64,000 nucleotides of DNA, taken from assembly GCA_963811105.1 (NCBI GenBank), contig CAWEPZ010000009.1, positions 96,001 to 160,000 on the forward strand, written 5' to 3'. The notes below the pieces were generated by a model, which was given only the letters and a program-made list of their open reading frames with translations, did not search any database and was not told the origin of the DNA. Positions within the stretch are counted from its first letter, which is position 1; each line of letters opens with the position of its first letter. Below are positions 9,262-19,348 of this stretch, in pieces. The translations under genes and the position numbers were made by a program. The DNA comes from Candidatus Bathyarchaeota archaeon. Lineage in GTDB: Archaea > Thermoproteota > Bathyarchaeia > Bathyarchaeales > Bathycorpusculaceae.

Positions 9262-9886
9262 AAAATTAAAGTCTTAGTAGGCATCGCAGGCCTTAATCAT
9301 AAAGACCGTTACCATGGCTATTTACCGTCAACTCTGGCATACGTTGATGCTGCGCTAGACGGTGTAGACCATGAGGTTTTTGTTACTCTGCCTACAAGTA
9401 AACTTCCTTGGGCTGGCCTTGTGGAATGCCAAAATCTTGTTGTAGAAAAATTTCTCTCTGGAGATTTTAGTCATTTGTGGCTTGTGGAGTTGGATGTGTA
9501 GGTTTTGCGCCTGGTTCTTTCCAGAAGCTGCTTGGCTTAAATGTTGATTTGCTTGTGGGTTTGTGCGTCGACATAACGGCCAAGGCTTAATTCTTGGTTT
9601 CTTAGATGAAAACATGATCGTTTGGTATTTACCGCTAACTGCTGTTGAGGGCAAGATACTGAGCGGATGGGTAATGGCCGGAACCAGTCGCGTCTTAATC
9701 AAGCGATGCGTATTTGCGGGGGGTTACCGTTTCAAGTTTGACCCGTGCGTTACACCTGATATCCTGTTTATGTTTGCGGTGAAGAATATGAGTTTTGTAG
9801 CTAAGGTCCATGGCGACGTTTTATGTGGCCATTTGCCTATCGCTCCTGGAGGTTGCCCACATGGCTACTATGGGCAGTTGGAATAG
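9262..9886 (+). pseudogene. GT-A fold (GT2-like) glycosyltransferase remnant
   Basis: KIKVLVGI...QNLVVEKFLSGDFSHLWLVELDV then TAG at 9499 and frameshifts, continuing GTS-x-VLIKR-x-VF...PDILF...VHGDVLCGHLP. Confidence 0.65.
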
Positions 9887-10407
9887 TGAAGTTTTCGCAA
9901 CCATCTCAGGCCTAGTCGGAATTCATAATCGGGCTATTTGTGGGGAAAAAACATTGATTCTTACCAGGTGGAACCAAGCTTAATGGCGAAGGGCAAACCT
10001 TGGAGTAGTTGAAGATGAAAAGGCAACTTCGGCAACTGTTAACAGAAAAAAGTCTATGCATTCTATTGCAAAGGTTCTGGGCAAAAGCCTTACCTCTGTA
10101 CAAATGAAAAGCATCTCGACTTAGGCTTAGAAGTTGTTGATGGGAGTGAAAAAAACACGCTATCAACAACTACCTTTGATAAGTTAATTTGCCAGTTGAA
10201 TTGCCTGGGGGTGTAGGTTGGGAGTTGGATTTTGACTTTTCCGGTTTAGAACTGTGCGGTTAGGGTTTTGTCTTTTATTTGGGCGCTTTCGAAGTATTTT
10301 AGGGAGTGGTCTTTGCGTTTTCCTTCTTTCAACTTGTCTGGTTCATTATTGCTCCAAATTCTTGTTAGTATCGTTGCTGGTTAAGATGAGGGCTTAGTTG
10401 TAAAGTG

Positions 10408-10689
10408 TTATCCGAATTTCGCTAGCACTTGCCTTCCGAAGTCGGTTATTTCGACGGTGTTAAAATCGTAGGGACCATGTCTTTTTGCCGCGTCAGGTAT
10501 GTCGATGAGCTTGGATTTGGACAGGTGCCGCACTGCGTCGTTTAGGGCTTCAGGCATCAAACCTGTTTTTTTATGTAAGAGGTCTACCGTCACCAAGAAC
10601 CCTTTCTCAAATTGGGAAAGAGCTACAAGAACTCTTTTGGCTGACGGGTCAATCATGTCGAAATCGTCTTGTTCAAAATCTTCAACCAT
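10408..10689 (-). CDS. small winged-helix protein
   Basis: LH-x-x-TGL...LNDAVRHL-x-x-x-KLI...EITDFGR wHTH pattern. Confidence 0.7.
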   Translation of the reverse strand: MVEDFEQDDFDMIDPSAKRVLVALSQFEKGFLVTVDLLHKKTGLMPEALNDAVRHLSKSKLIDIPDAAKRHGPYDFNTVEITDFGRQVLAKFG

Positions 10690-10857
10690 TACAAAACACC
10701 ACTCGTAACAAGTACAGTCTCACATAAAAACCATTTGAAAAAACCCAATGGAAAATAGATGAGGACATGAGACTTTTTAACACTTGCTCCATGAACATTT
10801 TTCAGTAATCAGAATCAATAAGATTTTTATGTTCAGGCTAAAATATCTTTTATTGCC

Positions 10858-10935
10858 ATGAAGAACCAAAAGAAAAACCGCAAAGAGCGACGCAAAGAAA
10901 TCCTGGCTAAAATTCTAAATCCACAAAGTCTTTAG
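10858..10935 (+). CDS. possible 25-aa basic peptide (MKNQKKNRKERRKEILAKILNPQSL)
   Basis: manual translation; TTTTTAT about 30 nt upstream is compatible with a leaderless transcript. Confidence 0.3.
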   Translation: MKNQKKNRKERRKEILAKILNPQSL

Positions 10936-11203
10936 CGGCTAGTGAAACATTAAATCCTTCAGAGAAGAGGATGCCTTGAGGTTCTGGCAAAGGCTGCAAC
11001 TAGTCGACGTGCTAAATCTTGTTACTTAATGCGGCAAATTTGCTCACTAATGAAAATGTTCAACAAAAGCATAAATACAAAACCAGTAGGACAAGCTAAC
11101 GTAGGAAAAGGTCTATTTTGTGTCCTAAAAAAATTTTGTTTTTTTAACGATTTATTTTACCATACCGTGTCAAATGTGTTGAAATGATTTGTAGCGGAGT
11201 TCG

Positions 11204-11665
11204 CTAGTATTTGATGCTTAAATATAGCAATACAGTTAATGCAACGAATTCAAATAAGCCTGGTACAAACTCGAATGGTCCGAGTCCATAGGCTCTGTAT
11301 CCTAATAACGAAATTAGAAGAGGATTTGATGTCAGGTCTTTGACGAGAAAGGCTGAGCCGAAAATTAGAAGTCCAATTGTAAATTGAGACCGAGTTTTTC
11401 GGTAGATATCCGTGTAGATTGAAATTAAGAGCACTAAAAGCGCTATGTTGAGTGTAGAGACTATTGTATATGCAGCATAAAAATACTCTAAGTCGCCCGG
11501 AATGAAACCTGGCGGCGGCAATCGTCTTACTTGAAAACCAGAAAACTGTTGTTGACTTATCACAATAAACCAAAAAGCCGCAAAAACAGCGACAAGGGCT
11601 AACATTGCCACTAATAATATGGTAAGTACTACTCTGCTTTTGCTTTTGTTCATTTGTTTCTCCAT
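11204..11665 (-). CDS. membrane protein (about 4 TM), co-transcribed with the ArsR-like regulator
   Basis: hydrophobic segments; directly downstream of 11986-11684. Confidence 0.85.
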   Translation of the reverse strand: MEKQMNKSKSRVVLTILLVAMLALVAVFAAFWFIVISQQQFSGFQVRRLPPPGFIPGDLEYFYAAYTIVSTLNIALLVLLISIYTDIYRKTRSQFTIGLLIFGSAFLVKDLTSNPLLISLLGYRAYGLGPFEFVPGLFEFVALTVLLYLSIKY

Positions 11666-11683
11666 CTTGTGTTTCTCCTTTTT

Positions 11684-11986
11684 CTACTTTTTCCCGATTT
11701 TCTTCACAATCTCCTCAAACATGGCATAATTGTCCTCCATTGTTTGCGAAAGAAAGTAGGTTGCGCCATATCTGTCTCCGACTGAAGTGATTATTTTGTT
11801 TTTTTCCAGAACTTCAAGGTGGTGACGCATCGTCTTATAATCCATTTTAAGCAAAGTTGCAAGTTGATTTGCATTCTGCGGGCTTTCTTTTAACGCCTCA
11901 ATCATTTTTGCCCGTGTAGGTCCGCCTCTGGTTCCGGCGATTAACCATCCGAGCAAATATTTTAATGAACGAGCGTTTGAAGACAT
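11684..11986 (-). CDS. ArsR-like winged-HTH transcriptional regulator
   Basis: GTRGGPTR...NANQLA-x-x-L-x-MDYKTMRHHL-x-VL...YGATYFL, archaeal ArsR-type pattern. Confidence 0.92.
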   Translation of the reverse strand: MSSNARSLKYLLGWLIAGTRGGPTRAKMIEALKESPQNANQLATLLKMDYKTMRHHLEVLEKNKIITSVGDRYGATYFLSQTMEDNYAMFEEIVKKIGKK

Positions 11987-12087
11987 TTATTCTGCACCGA
12001 GCATGAGGCAATTCTTTGTCACACTAAATCTGACTTAAGTAATAAATGTGTTCTTCTCTCGCAACAACATGCAAAGTTATTGGCATA

Positions 12088-12131
12088 ATTAGGAGTAAAT
12101 TTGGGTGTAATATTGAAAAATCGTTTAATAA
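12088..12131 (+). promoter_or_regulatory. promoter/operator copy 1 (phased TT(A/T)GG repeats plus BRE-TATA)
   Basis: 35/44 identical to 12801-12844; ends GAAAAATCGTTTAATAA about 30 nt before the start codon. Confidence 0.75.
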
Positions 12132-12161
12132 TTAACTCAGAATCATTTTTTCAGCTAAGAG

Positions 12162-12719
12162 GTGAAAAAATTAATAATGGATAGAAAAATCAAAGTCTTA
12201 TCGTTACTTTCCATTGTAATTGTTGCTACAGTTGCGGGTTCATTGCTTGCTATGCAATCAACTGTAAAGGCCAATACAAATAGCACGATTGCATCAGATG
12301 TTCAATCCCCAGCCGTTTCATCCGTAAACGCAACAGACAACAACGGATATGTTTTCACTGGTGACATAAGCTTCGGTGGTCCTAGAGGAATGGGCCGAGG
12401 TTTCGGAGGACCTGCAGGATGCAGGGGCCCGGGTGGATTTGGTTCCATACAAATAAGCTCTGACTTTACGGCGAACGTAACTGCTATCGTAAAAGCTGAC
12501 TCAGACGTGCAAAATCTGCTTAATCAAGGTTACAACATTACGTCAATTAGACCAATCATCACAACGACTATTGACGGAAACGGTAACCTAACAACCAAAG
12601 CTACAACCGCAAACTTAACTTTGCAGGGCACAAGTGGCAGATCATTTGTTACTATTGACCTCACTCAAGCAAAGGTAACAAAGATTGTAACGATAACTAG
12701 AACAGAAATTGATAAGTAA
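12162..12719 (+). CDS. secreted or membrane-anchored Gly/Thr-rich protein
   Basis: N-terminal signal/TM segment and Gly-rich linker. Confidence 0.85.
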   Translation: MKKLIMDRKIKVLSLLSIVIVATVAGSLLAMQSTVKANTNSTIASDVQSPAVSSVNATDNNGYVFTGDISFGGPRGMGRGFGGPAGCRGPGGFGSIQISSDFTANVTAIVKADSDVQNLLNQGYNITSIRPIITTTIDGNGNLTTKATTANLTLQGTSGRSFVTIDLTQAKVTKIVTITRTEIDK

Positions 12720-12800
12720 AATCCCCAATTTTTTCTTTTTTTTATTTTTCTTTTTTATTAAATGTTTTTTCTATCGTTGAATGTTTTGATTGATTTTAGA

Positions 12801-12844
12801 ATTAGGGTCAGATTTGGGTGAGATTATGAAAAATTGTTTAATAA
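12801..12844 (+). promoter_or_regulatory. promoter/operator copy 2, upstream of the ABC-HtrA operon
   Basis: ATTAGGGTCAGATTTGGGTGAGATTATGAAAAATTGTTTAATAA, near-duplicate of 12088-12131. Confidence 0.75.
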
Positions 12845-12863
12845 CTCTTCAACAGTATGCAAA

Positions 12864-12965
12864 GAAAAGGGCAATCAAGAAGAGATAGAATCAAAAAAAA
12901 AGGCCATAAGCCCAAAAACTGCCCAAATAAAAACCCCTTCGAATCTCTTTTGGTTGCCCTTTTTC
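12864..12965 (+). repeat. 23-bp inverted repeat enclosing a ~56-nt loop in the operon leader
   Basis: GAAAAGGGCAATCAAGAAGAGAT pairs with ATCTCTTTTGGTTGCCCTTTTTC. Confidence 0.75.
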
Positions 12966-12990
12966 AAATAACTCAATGTAAGGTAAGATC

Positions 12991-14472
12991 ATGGGAATCA
13001 TTAATCGAGCTATAAGAAATATTTCAAGAAGGAAAATTCGAGCGCTGTTAGTAATTATTGCTTTAGGCTTTTCCATGGCAATTATGGTTTCAATTCCTGC
13101 AGGTGTTTTAGCTAATCAGCAGACAGCGAGCACAGTGGCATCAAACTTAAGCAACGTTATTACCCAAACTGGCGCATCAATTAACCAAACATCAACTCAA
13201 ATAGATTGTAGTCTTGCACCTAGTTTTTCTGGTTTCGGATTCCGTGATTTCGGTGGTAGCACGTCTGGCGGCAGTGGTTTTACGCCGGGTCAATTTGGTG
13301 GAGGTACATCGGGTGGAAGCGGCTTTACTCCAGGTCAATTTGGCGGCGGCACTGTAGGTGGCCAGTTTGGCGGCGGCGCATTTAATGGCGGACGATCAAA
13401 TCCAATGAACGAGAGTCTATACGCAGATATCAACAGTAATATCTCTGGAGTTGCAGCTGTTGAACCAGTCCTACAAGCCTCCGAAGGACAAAACGTAACG
13501 CAAACCCTCTCATTTAACGGGTACACACGAGACATCACGCGTCTTGAGGTAGAATACACAATTGAAGGAATCCCGCTAACTTCTGATCTGGTAGACAACT
13601 ATCCAGTGCTGCCAACAAATATCACCGCTGGAAGCAACCTACACGCTGGTGCGAGCGGTGAGGTTCTCCTTAGCGAAAACAACTCAGCATACTTCAATGC
13701 AGGAGTAGGCGACGCAATTACCATTTTAGGTCAAACCTTTACTGTTGTAGGTATCTATAGTCCATCTTCAGTTGCTCAAACGCAAACATTGTTCATTAAC
13801 CTGTCCGACGCTCAAACGATAACTAACAATACTGGATACATAACTTCTCTAACAGTTTTCGCTCAAAACACAGATTCTGTCTCAGGGGTAGCTACATCCA
13901 TAAGTTCATTGCATCCAGAGCTTACAGTTACTACTGATCAAACTCGCTTAACTCAACTTCAAACCTTGCAAACAACCTACAATGCTGAATTGGCAAGTGC
14001 ACAATCAGCTAATAGTCAAACATACTCAACTGCAATTGAAGAAATAGTCGTAGTGGTTGTAGCAACGAGCTTGATAGTTTTATTTGTCATGCTTTATACT
14101 GTCAAAGAACGAACTAAAGAAATCGGCACGCTTAAAGCGATTGGTTTTAGCAACTCCGCTGTAATGGGTCAATTTATGCTTGAAGGCATTTTGTTAAGTA
14201 TAATTGCCGGTGTAGTTGGTATCGTAATAGGCAGCGTAGCAGCACCCACCCTTTCATCAATATTACTTCCGAGCGTTGGAATAGGAAGTGGAACAGCATC
14301 TGGGTTCCTTTCGGGCACTACAAGAATTAGCGGCTTATCAGTAGCAACGTTGAATCCCGAACTTATTCTGATATTATTTGGTGCGGCCGTTCTTCTTGGA
14401 ACTTTGGGTAGTCTATATCCTGCTTGGAGAGCAGCAAAAATTAGACCCGCGGAGGCGATGAGATATGAGTAA
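12991..14472 (+). CDS. ABC transporter permease, MacB/FtsX family, with Gly-rich repeat insert
   Basis: RRKIRALL, ERTKEIGTLKAIG and YPAWRAAKIRPAEAMRYE motifs. Confidence 0.95.
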   Translation: MGIINRAIRNISRRKIRALLVIIALGFSMAIMVSIPAGVLANQQTASTVASNLSNVITQTGASINQTSTQIDCSLAPSFSGFGFRDFGGSTSGGSGFTPGQFGGGTSGGSGFTPGQFGGGTVGGQFGGGAFNGGRSNPMNESLYADINSNISGVAAVEPVLQASEGQNVTQTLSFNGYTRDITRLEVEYTIEGIPLTSDLVDNYPVLPTNITAGSNLHAGASGEVLLSENNSAYFNAGVGDAITILGQTFTVVGIYSPSSVAQTQTLFINLSDAQTITNNTGYITSLTVFAQNTDSVSGVATSISSLHPELTVTTDQTRLTQLQTLQTTYNAELASAQSANSQTYSTAIEEIVVVVVATSLIVLFVMLYTVKERTKEIGTLKAIGFSNSAVMGQFMLEGILLSIIAGVVGIVIGSVAAPTLSSILLPSVGIGSGTASGFLSGTTRISGLSVATLNPELILILFGAAVLLGTLGSLYPAWRAAKIRPAEAMRYE

Positions 14473-15271
14473 AACAGTCCTACAATTAGAAAACCTAAGC
14501 AAAACGTATACACTTGGCAAACGCGAAGTTCCAGCTTTAGTAAATCTGAATCTTACAATTAATGCTGGCGAGTTTGTGGCAATTATGGGTCCTTCAGGCT
14601 CTGGCAAAACTACACTGCTAAATGTTATTGGCTGCATTGATAAGCCAACCAAGGGAAAAGTACTGCTAGATGGCATCGACGCTACAGAGCTCCCAGAAAA
14701 TCAGCTCTATAAGATTCGAAGGGACAAGATGGGTTTCGTATTTCAAACCTTCAATCTGTTGCCATATCTTAACGCTAGAGAAAACGTTGAGTTGCCTATG
14801 GAAGGCCGAGTTAAATCCAAAAGTGAACGAAAGAAGCGGGCAAGTGAACTCTTAGCAACTGTTGGCTTAGCTGGTAGAGAAAACCACAGACCACAACGCC
14901 TCAGCGCTGGAGAACAACAACGCGTAGCAATAGCGCGGGCATTAGCAAATAATCCTGCCATAATTTTAGCAGATGAACCAACTGGAAATCTGGATAGTCA
15001 GAATAAGCAGGAGATAATCAAGTTGCTTGCGAAGCTGAACATTACTCAAGGCACTACCATAATTATGGTAACACATGACGGCGAAGCTGCTCATCATACG
15101 GAGCGAATGATTTTTCTAAAGGATGGTAAAATCGTTAAAGAAAAGCAAGGCATGCATCTAATGAAAAAACAGCATTTATGCCCCCATTGCGGTAGCTCCA
15201 TCAATGCAATCGAGGACAATTGCCCAAACTGCAAAAAATCCATTTATGCCATCGAAGAAGCATTCTCATAA
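14465..15271 (+). CDS. ABC ATP-binding protein (LolD/MacB type) with C-terminal zinc ribbon
   Basis: [27 protein letters not shown]; CPHC...CPNC tail. Confidence 0.95.
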   Translation: MSKTVLQLENLSKTYTLGKREVPALVNLNLTINAGEFVAIMGPSGSGKTTLLNVIGCIDKPTKGKVLLDGIDATELPENQLYKIRRDKMGFVFQTFNLLPYLNARENVELPMEGRVKSKSERKKRASELLATVGLAGRENHRPQRLSAGEQQRVAIARALANNPAIILADEPTGNLDSQNKQEIIKLLAKLNITQGTTIIMVTHDGEAAHHTERMIFLKDGKIVKEKQGMHLMKKQHLCPHCGSSINAIEDNCPNCKKSIYAIEEAFS

Positions 15272-15286
15272 TAAGGCTGAACATCA

Positions 15287-16513
15287 ATGGAAATCCCGTC
15301 TATTCCACAAATTCCCGTTCCATCCCAACAATCTCAAAAAACAAAGAATTTTACAAGAACGATCTTAGTTATCCTTCTCATTGGATTAATTGCGGGAGCA
15401 TCAATTGGTTTCGCCTTAAGCTACATGGTCTTGGATGGAAAAATCAATACTCTTCAAAATCAACTTAATGGGGGTACTCAGAACGGTACATACGTCTCAT
15501 ATCCAAACGCTACATACTTTGTCGGAGATAACGTTTCGCTTTCCGCCCTTTATCAGCAGGTTAAGCCGTCAGTAGTTGTCATTCAAGACTTAGTGCCGGC
15601 GTACAATTTTTTTGGGCGACTTGCAGGATACAGTTTGCAGCAAGGTTCAGGCTTCATAGTTTCAATAAATAATCAATTAGTTATTGTTACAAACAATCAT
15701 GTTGTTCAAAATGCGGTTAACGAAACTGTAACTCTCGCAAGTGGCGACAGTTACCCTGCAAAAGTTTTAGGCTCCGATTCTCAAGCTGACCTTGCCGTTC
15801 TATCGATAAATCCGATGCCAAGCGGTTTAACATCCTTGACTCTTGTAAGCTCCGATGTTTTGCAGGTTGGTCAACCCGTAGTTGCAGTGGGTTCACCTTA
15901 CGGTTTGTCAGGAACGTTAACTACTGGGGTAATCAGCGCTTTAGGAAGAACAATCATCGAATCATCAGACTCAAGCTCAAGTGGTCCAACAATTCCTGAC
16001 ATAATTCAAACCAGCACAGCTATAAACCCAGGTAATTCTGGCGGACCACTTCTTGACTATTCGGGTCACGTGGTCGGTATTACTACTGCTGCGGTTAGCA
16101 GTTCCCAAAGTCTAGGTTTTGCCATTCCTTCAGATACTATAACGCGGGAACTCAACTCAATCATTTCAGGCGGCTCATACACTAATCATCCATCCATAGG
16201 AACCACAGGAACGGATATGAACTATCAAATCGCTCAGGCAATGGGAACCAGCACCACCTACGGCTATTTGGTAGAAAGCGTTTCATCACAAAACGGGCTC
16301 AAAGGCGGATCAACACAAGCCTCAATCTTAGGCTCAAGCGTAACCCTCGGCGGAGACATAATAATAGCCATCAACGACGTAAGAATAACCAACACAGACG
16401 ACTTATTGTCCTACTTGGAACAGCACACGGCACCTGGGCAAACCGCGGAGTTCACAGTTGTGCGAGGCGGACAAACACAAACAATCTCTGTCACCATTGG
16501 AAGACTGTCCTAG
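15287..16513 (+). CDS. htrA: HtrA/DegP-family serine protease with PDZ domain
   Basis: TNNHVV, DLAVL and NPGNSGGPL triad motifs; N-terminal TM; GDIIIAIN PDZ. Confidence 0.95.
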   Translation: MEIPSIPQIPVPSQQSQKTKNFTRTILVILLIGLIAGASIGFALSYMVLDGKINTLQNQLNGGTQNGTYVSYPNATYFVGDNVSLSALYQQVKPSVVVIQDLVPAYNFFGRLAGYSLQQGSGFIVSINNQLVIVTNNHVVQNAVNETVTLASGDSYPAKVLGSDSQADLAVLSINPMPSGLTSLTLVSSDVLQVGQPVVAVGSPYGLSGTLTTGVISALGRTIIESSDSSSSGPTIPDIIQTSTAINPGNSGGPLLDYSGHVVGITTAAVSSSQSLGFAIPSDTITRELNSIISGGSYTNHPSIGTTGTDMNYQIAQAMGTSTTYGYLVESVSSQNGLKGGSTQASILGSSVTLGGDIIIAINDVRITNTDDLLSYLEQHTAPGQTAEFTVVRGGQTQTISVTIGRLS

Positions 16514-16661
16514 GTAAACCCTTTTTTTGGAAAACTGACAAATTACACAAACAAACTGTCTATTATTTCACAAGAAAGCGATGACAAACCAGGTTTACTC
16601 AAACAACTTAAGCGCGATAATTGTCGCTATTTTTATAAGTTAATCGCTCAAATTAGATGGC

Positions 16662-17453
16662 ATGCAAGCAGAAATTGGAGTTATCGGTGGAACGGGTCTA
16701 TATGATTCTAAACTGCTCAAGAACGTTCAAGAAATTACAGTTGAAACGCCTTATGGCAAGCCTTCTGATTCAATAACAGTTGGTGAGTTGGGAGGCAAAT
16801 GCGTGGCTTTCCTGCCGAGGCATGGGAAAAAACATACGATTAGGCCAACGGACATTAATGTTAGAGCTAACATTTTTGCACTCAAGAAGCTTGGTGTTAA
16901 GCGTATTTTGGCGCCTTCAACCGTTGGTTCTCTTCGTGAAGAATATCATCCAGGAGAAATTGTGTTTTGCGACCAGTTTATTGATCGAACCACACGGCGT
17001 GAACAATCATTTTACACTATTTCTGAAGGCAAAGTCTGCCACATTTCGGTTGCTGAACCGATGTGCCCTGAGTTAAGGCAGAACATAATTGGAGTTGCTA
17101 AGAGGTTGGGAATCAAAATGCATGAAACAGGAACTTATGTTTGCATAGAAGGACCTAGGTTTTCTAGCAAAGCTGAATCCAAAATGTATCGTCAATGGGG
17201 TGCAGATGTGGTTGGCATGACTTTGGTTCCTGAATGTGTCCTTGCGAGAGAAGCTGAAATTTGCTACACTTCCATTTCAACCGTGACGGATTACGATGTG
17301 TGGAAGGACCATGTGGTCTGTGTAGATGATATCATAGCGATTATGAAGACCAATCTTCAAAACGTCAAGAATATAATTGCAGAAACAATCGCTGAATTGC
17401 CCAGCGAGTGCAAATGCCTATGCAATCAAGCTCTAAAAGGAGCATTTGTCTGA
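16662..17453 (+). CDS. mtnP: S-methyl-5'-thioadenosine phosphorylase
   Basis: GVIGGTG, LPRHG, EGPRFS-x-x-AES, VGMT, VTDYD. Confidence 0.95.
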   Translation: MQAEIGVIGGTGLYDSKLLKNVQEITVETPYGKPSDSITVGELGGKCVAFLPRHGKKHTIRPTDINVRANIFALKKLGVKRILAPSTVGSLREEYHPGEIVFCDQFIDRTTRREQSFYTISEGKVCHISVAEPMCPELRQNIIGVAKRLGIKMHETGTYVCIEGPRFSSKAESKMYRQWGADVVGMTLVPECVLAREAEICYTSISTVTDYDVWKDHVVCVDDIIAIMKTNLQNVKNIIAETIAELPSECKCLCNQALKGAFV

Positions 17454-17467
17454 AGGAGAAAGAAGCG

Positions 17468-18013
17468 ATGAAAAAGACTGATAGAAAATTAAATCTTAAA
17501 TCGAGAATTCGAAGAATACCTGAGTTTAAAGGCGTAGTTTTCTGGGACATTACCCCTCTTTTGAAAGATAAGCATTGTTTTCATGAATGCATCAATCAGT
17601 TGGCAGATCACTACAGGAGCAAACCAATCGACGCTGTGGTTTCAAACGAAGCTCGAGGCTTCATTATTGGTGCAGCCTTGGCTTATGAATTAGGAGTCGG
17701 TTTTGTTCCCATACGCAAGAAAGGAAAATTACCTTACAAATGCGTAAACTTGACCTATAAAAAAGAGTATGAATGCGACTCAATCGAGATTCACGAAGAC
17801 GCAATCGAGAAAGGTCAGAACATACTTTTGATTGACGATTTACTGGCAACGGGCGGAACTGTTAAGGCTAACATTGAATTGATTGAGCAGTTGGGTGGCA
17901 ACATAGTGGGTTTAGGTTTCTTAATTGAGCTAGGCTATTTGGAAGGCAGAAAAGCAATCGGCGATAAGTATGATGTTTACTCCCTTATCCAAATAGAAAC
18001 CACAAACGGGTGA
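17468..18013 (+). CDS. apt: adenine phosphoribosyltransferase
   Basis: EARGFIIG, RKKGKLP, IDDLLATGGT PRPP loop. Confidence 0.95.
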   Translation: MKKTDRKLNLKSRIRRIPEFKGVVFWDITPLLKDKHCFHECINQLADHYRSKPIDAVVSNEARGFIIGAALAYELGVGFVPIRKKGKLPYKCVNLTYKKEYECDSIEIHEDAIEKGQNILLIDDLLATGGTVKANIELIEQLGGNIVGLGFLIELGYLEGRKAIGDKYDVYSLIQIETTNG

Positions 18014-18023
18014 AAACCAAAAT

Positions 18024-18587
18024 CTATACTGGCTCTTGACGCAATATTGAATTTGCAGTTTCTTTGTAGATTCGAAAGTTAGCTTCCGAGAACAAAACGA
18101 AAACAACCTTATCAATTTTATCTTCTTTTTTCAAAAAATCTTTGACTGCTCCAATAGCTATTCTGCTGGCTTCTTCCATTGGGTAACCATAGGTTCCAGT
18201 GCTAATAGATGGAAATGCAATTGTTTTAAGCCCTTTAGCTACGGCAAGTTTCAATGAGTTTCTGTACGCTTGTTTTAAAAGTTCACCTTCAACGTGGAAT
18301 CCGCCAAGCCAAACGGGGCCAACTGTGTGAATGATATATCTAGCTTTTAAGTTGCCGCCTGAAGTAATAACTGCTTTTCCAGTTGGAAGTCCATCAGGCC
18401 ATTCTGTTGCTCTTATGCGTTTGGTTTCTTCAAGAATTTTAGGTCCACCCTTTCGATGGATTGCTCCATCTACGCCTCCGCCGCCCAGAAGCGATGAATT
18501 TGCCGCATTCACAATTGCGTCTGTCTCAATGTCTGTAATGTCGCCTTCAATTAGTTGAAGGGTTGCTGTTCCAACTTTAAACTCCAT
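18024..18587 (-). CDS. macrodomain O-acetyl-ADP-ribose deacetylase (YmdB-like)
   Basis: GDIT, NAANSSLLGGGGVDGAIH, FPSISTG-x-YG. Confidence 0.95.
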   Translation of the reverse strand: MEFKVGTATLQLIEGDITDIETDAIVNAANSSLLGGGGVDGAIHRKGGPKILEETKRIRATEWPDGLPTGKAVITSGGNLKARYIIHTVGPVWLGGFHVEGELLKQAYRNSLKLAVAKGLKTIAFPSISTGTYGYPMEEASRIAIGAVKDFLKKEDKIDKVVFVLFSEANFRIYKETANSILRQEPV

Positions 18588-18609
18588 GGATATATCTCAC
18601 TTAACTTCA

Positions 18610-19281
18610 CTATATAACCGTACTAATCAATGACCATGTGGCTGAACCCATAAAAAATGCCCCGAAACCGATGAAAACCGCGACACAAAAAAGTGTAATT
18701 CCCATTCTCCCACGCTCGGTGAAGAAGTGTTGAGATTTAAAAATCACCAATGCTGCCATCGTGTACCATAAGAAATCGCAAAGCCAATGGACTCCCGCAA
18801 AAAGGGAAAAGCCAAGGAGCCCGAAGAGCTGAGCATTAAGTATCAACGTAGTGCCAATAGTTAACCACCAAAGGATAAATCCTGCGTTTGCAGCTGTGGT
18901 GTAAATGCCCGCTACCACTGAATCCCTTTTCAAACTAACACGAGTTTCCTCTATTTTATGGCGTTTTCTAAACGTCTGGATTCCCATAAGAATCATCAGG
19001 AAACCACCCACCAATCCGACCGCAATCTGAACGGAATTTGGGATAATAAATTGGTTTAAAAGAAAGAAAATAAGAATCATGAGAGGAAACTCGACAATTC
19101 CATGACCAACAGCAATTAATGCCCCTGAACTTTTGCTTTTCCCAGCTTTCTTAATTGTTATTGCAAATAATGGTCCAGGCATTAGGACACCTGACAGTGA
19201 AATAAGCATAACTGAAGCTAAGAAAAGATAAAAATCAGTTATGTACGCCAAGATCCTATCCTCTCGCGTTCGTTGTTTCAA
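18610..19281 (-). CDS. LysE-family translocator
   Basis: SGVLMPGP motif and multiple TM helices. Confidence 0.9.
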   Translation of the reverse strand: MKQRTREDRILAYITDFYLFLASVMLISLSGVLMPGPLFAITIKKAGKSKSSGALIAVGHGIVEFPLMILIFFLLNQFIIPNSVQIAVGLVGGFLMILMGIQTFRKRHKIEETRVSLKRDSVVAGIYTTAANAGFILWWLTIGTTLILNAQLFGLLGFSLFAGVHWLCDFLWYTMAALVIFKSQHFFTERGRMGITLFCVAVFIGFGAFFMGSATWSLISTVI

Positions 19282-19348
19282 TCAGTTTTGTCATGGAATG
19301 CTATAAGCCTTTCATGCGCCAGTTGACAAAAACATCAACCAAACAAGT

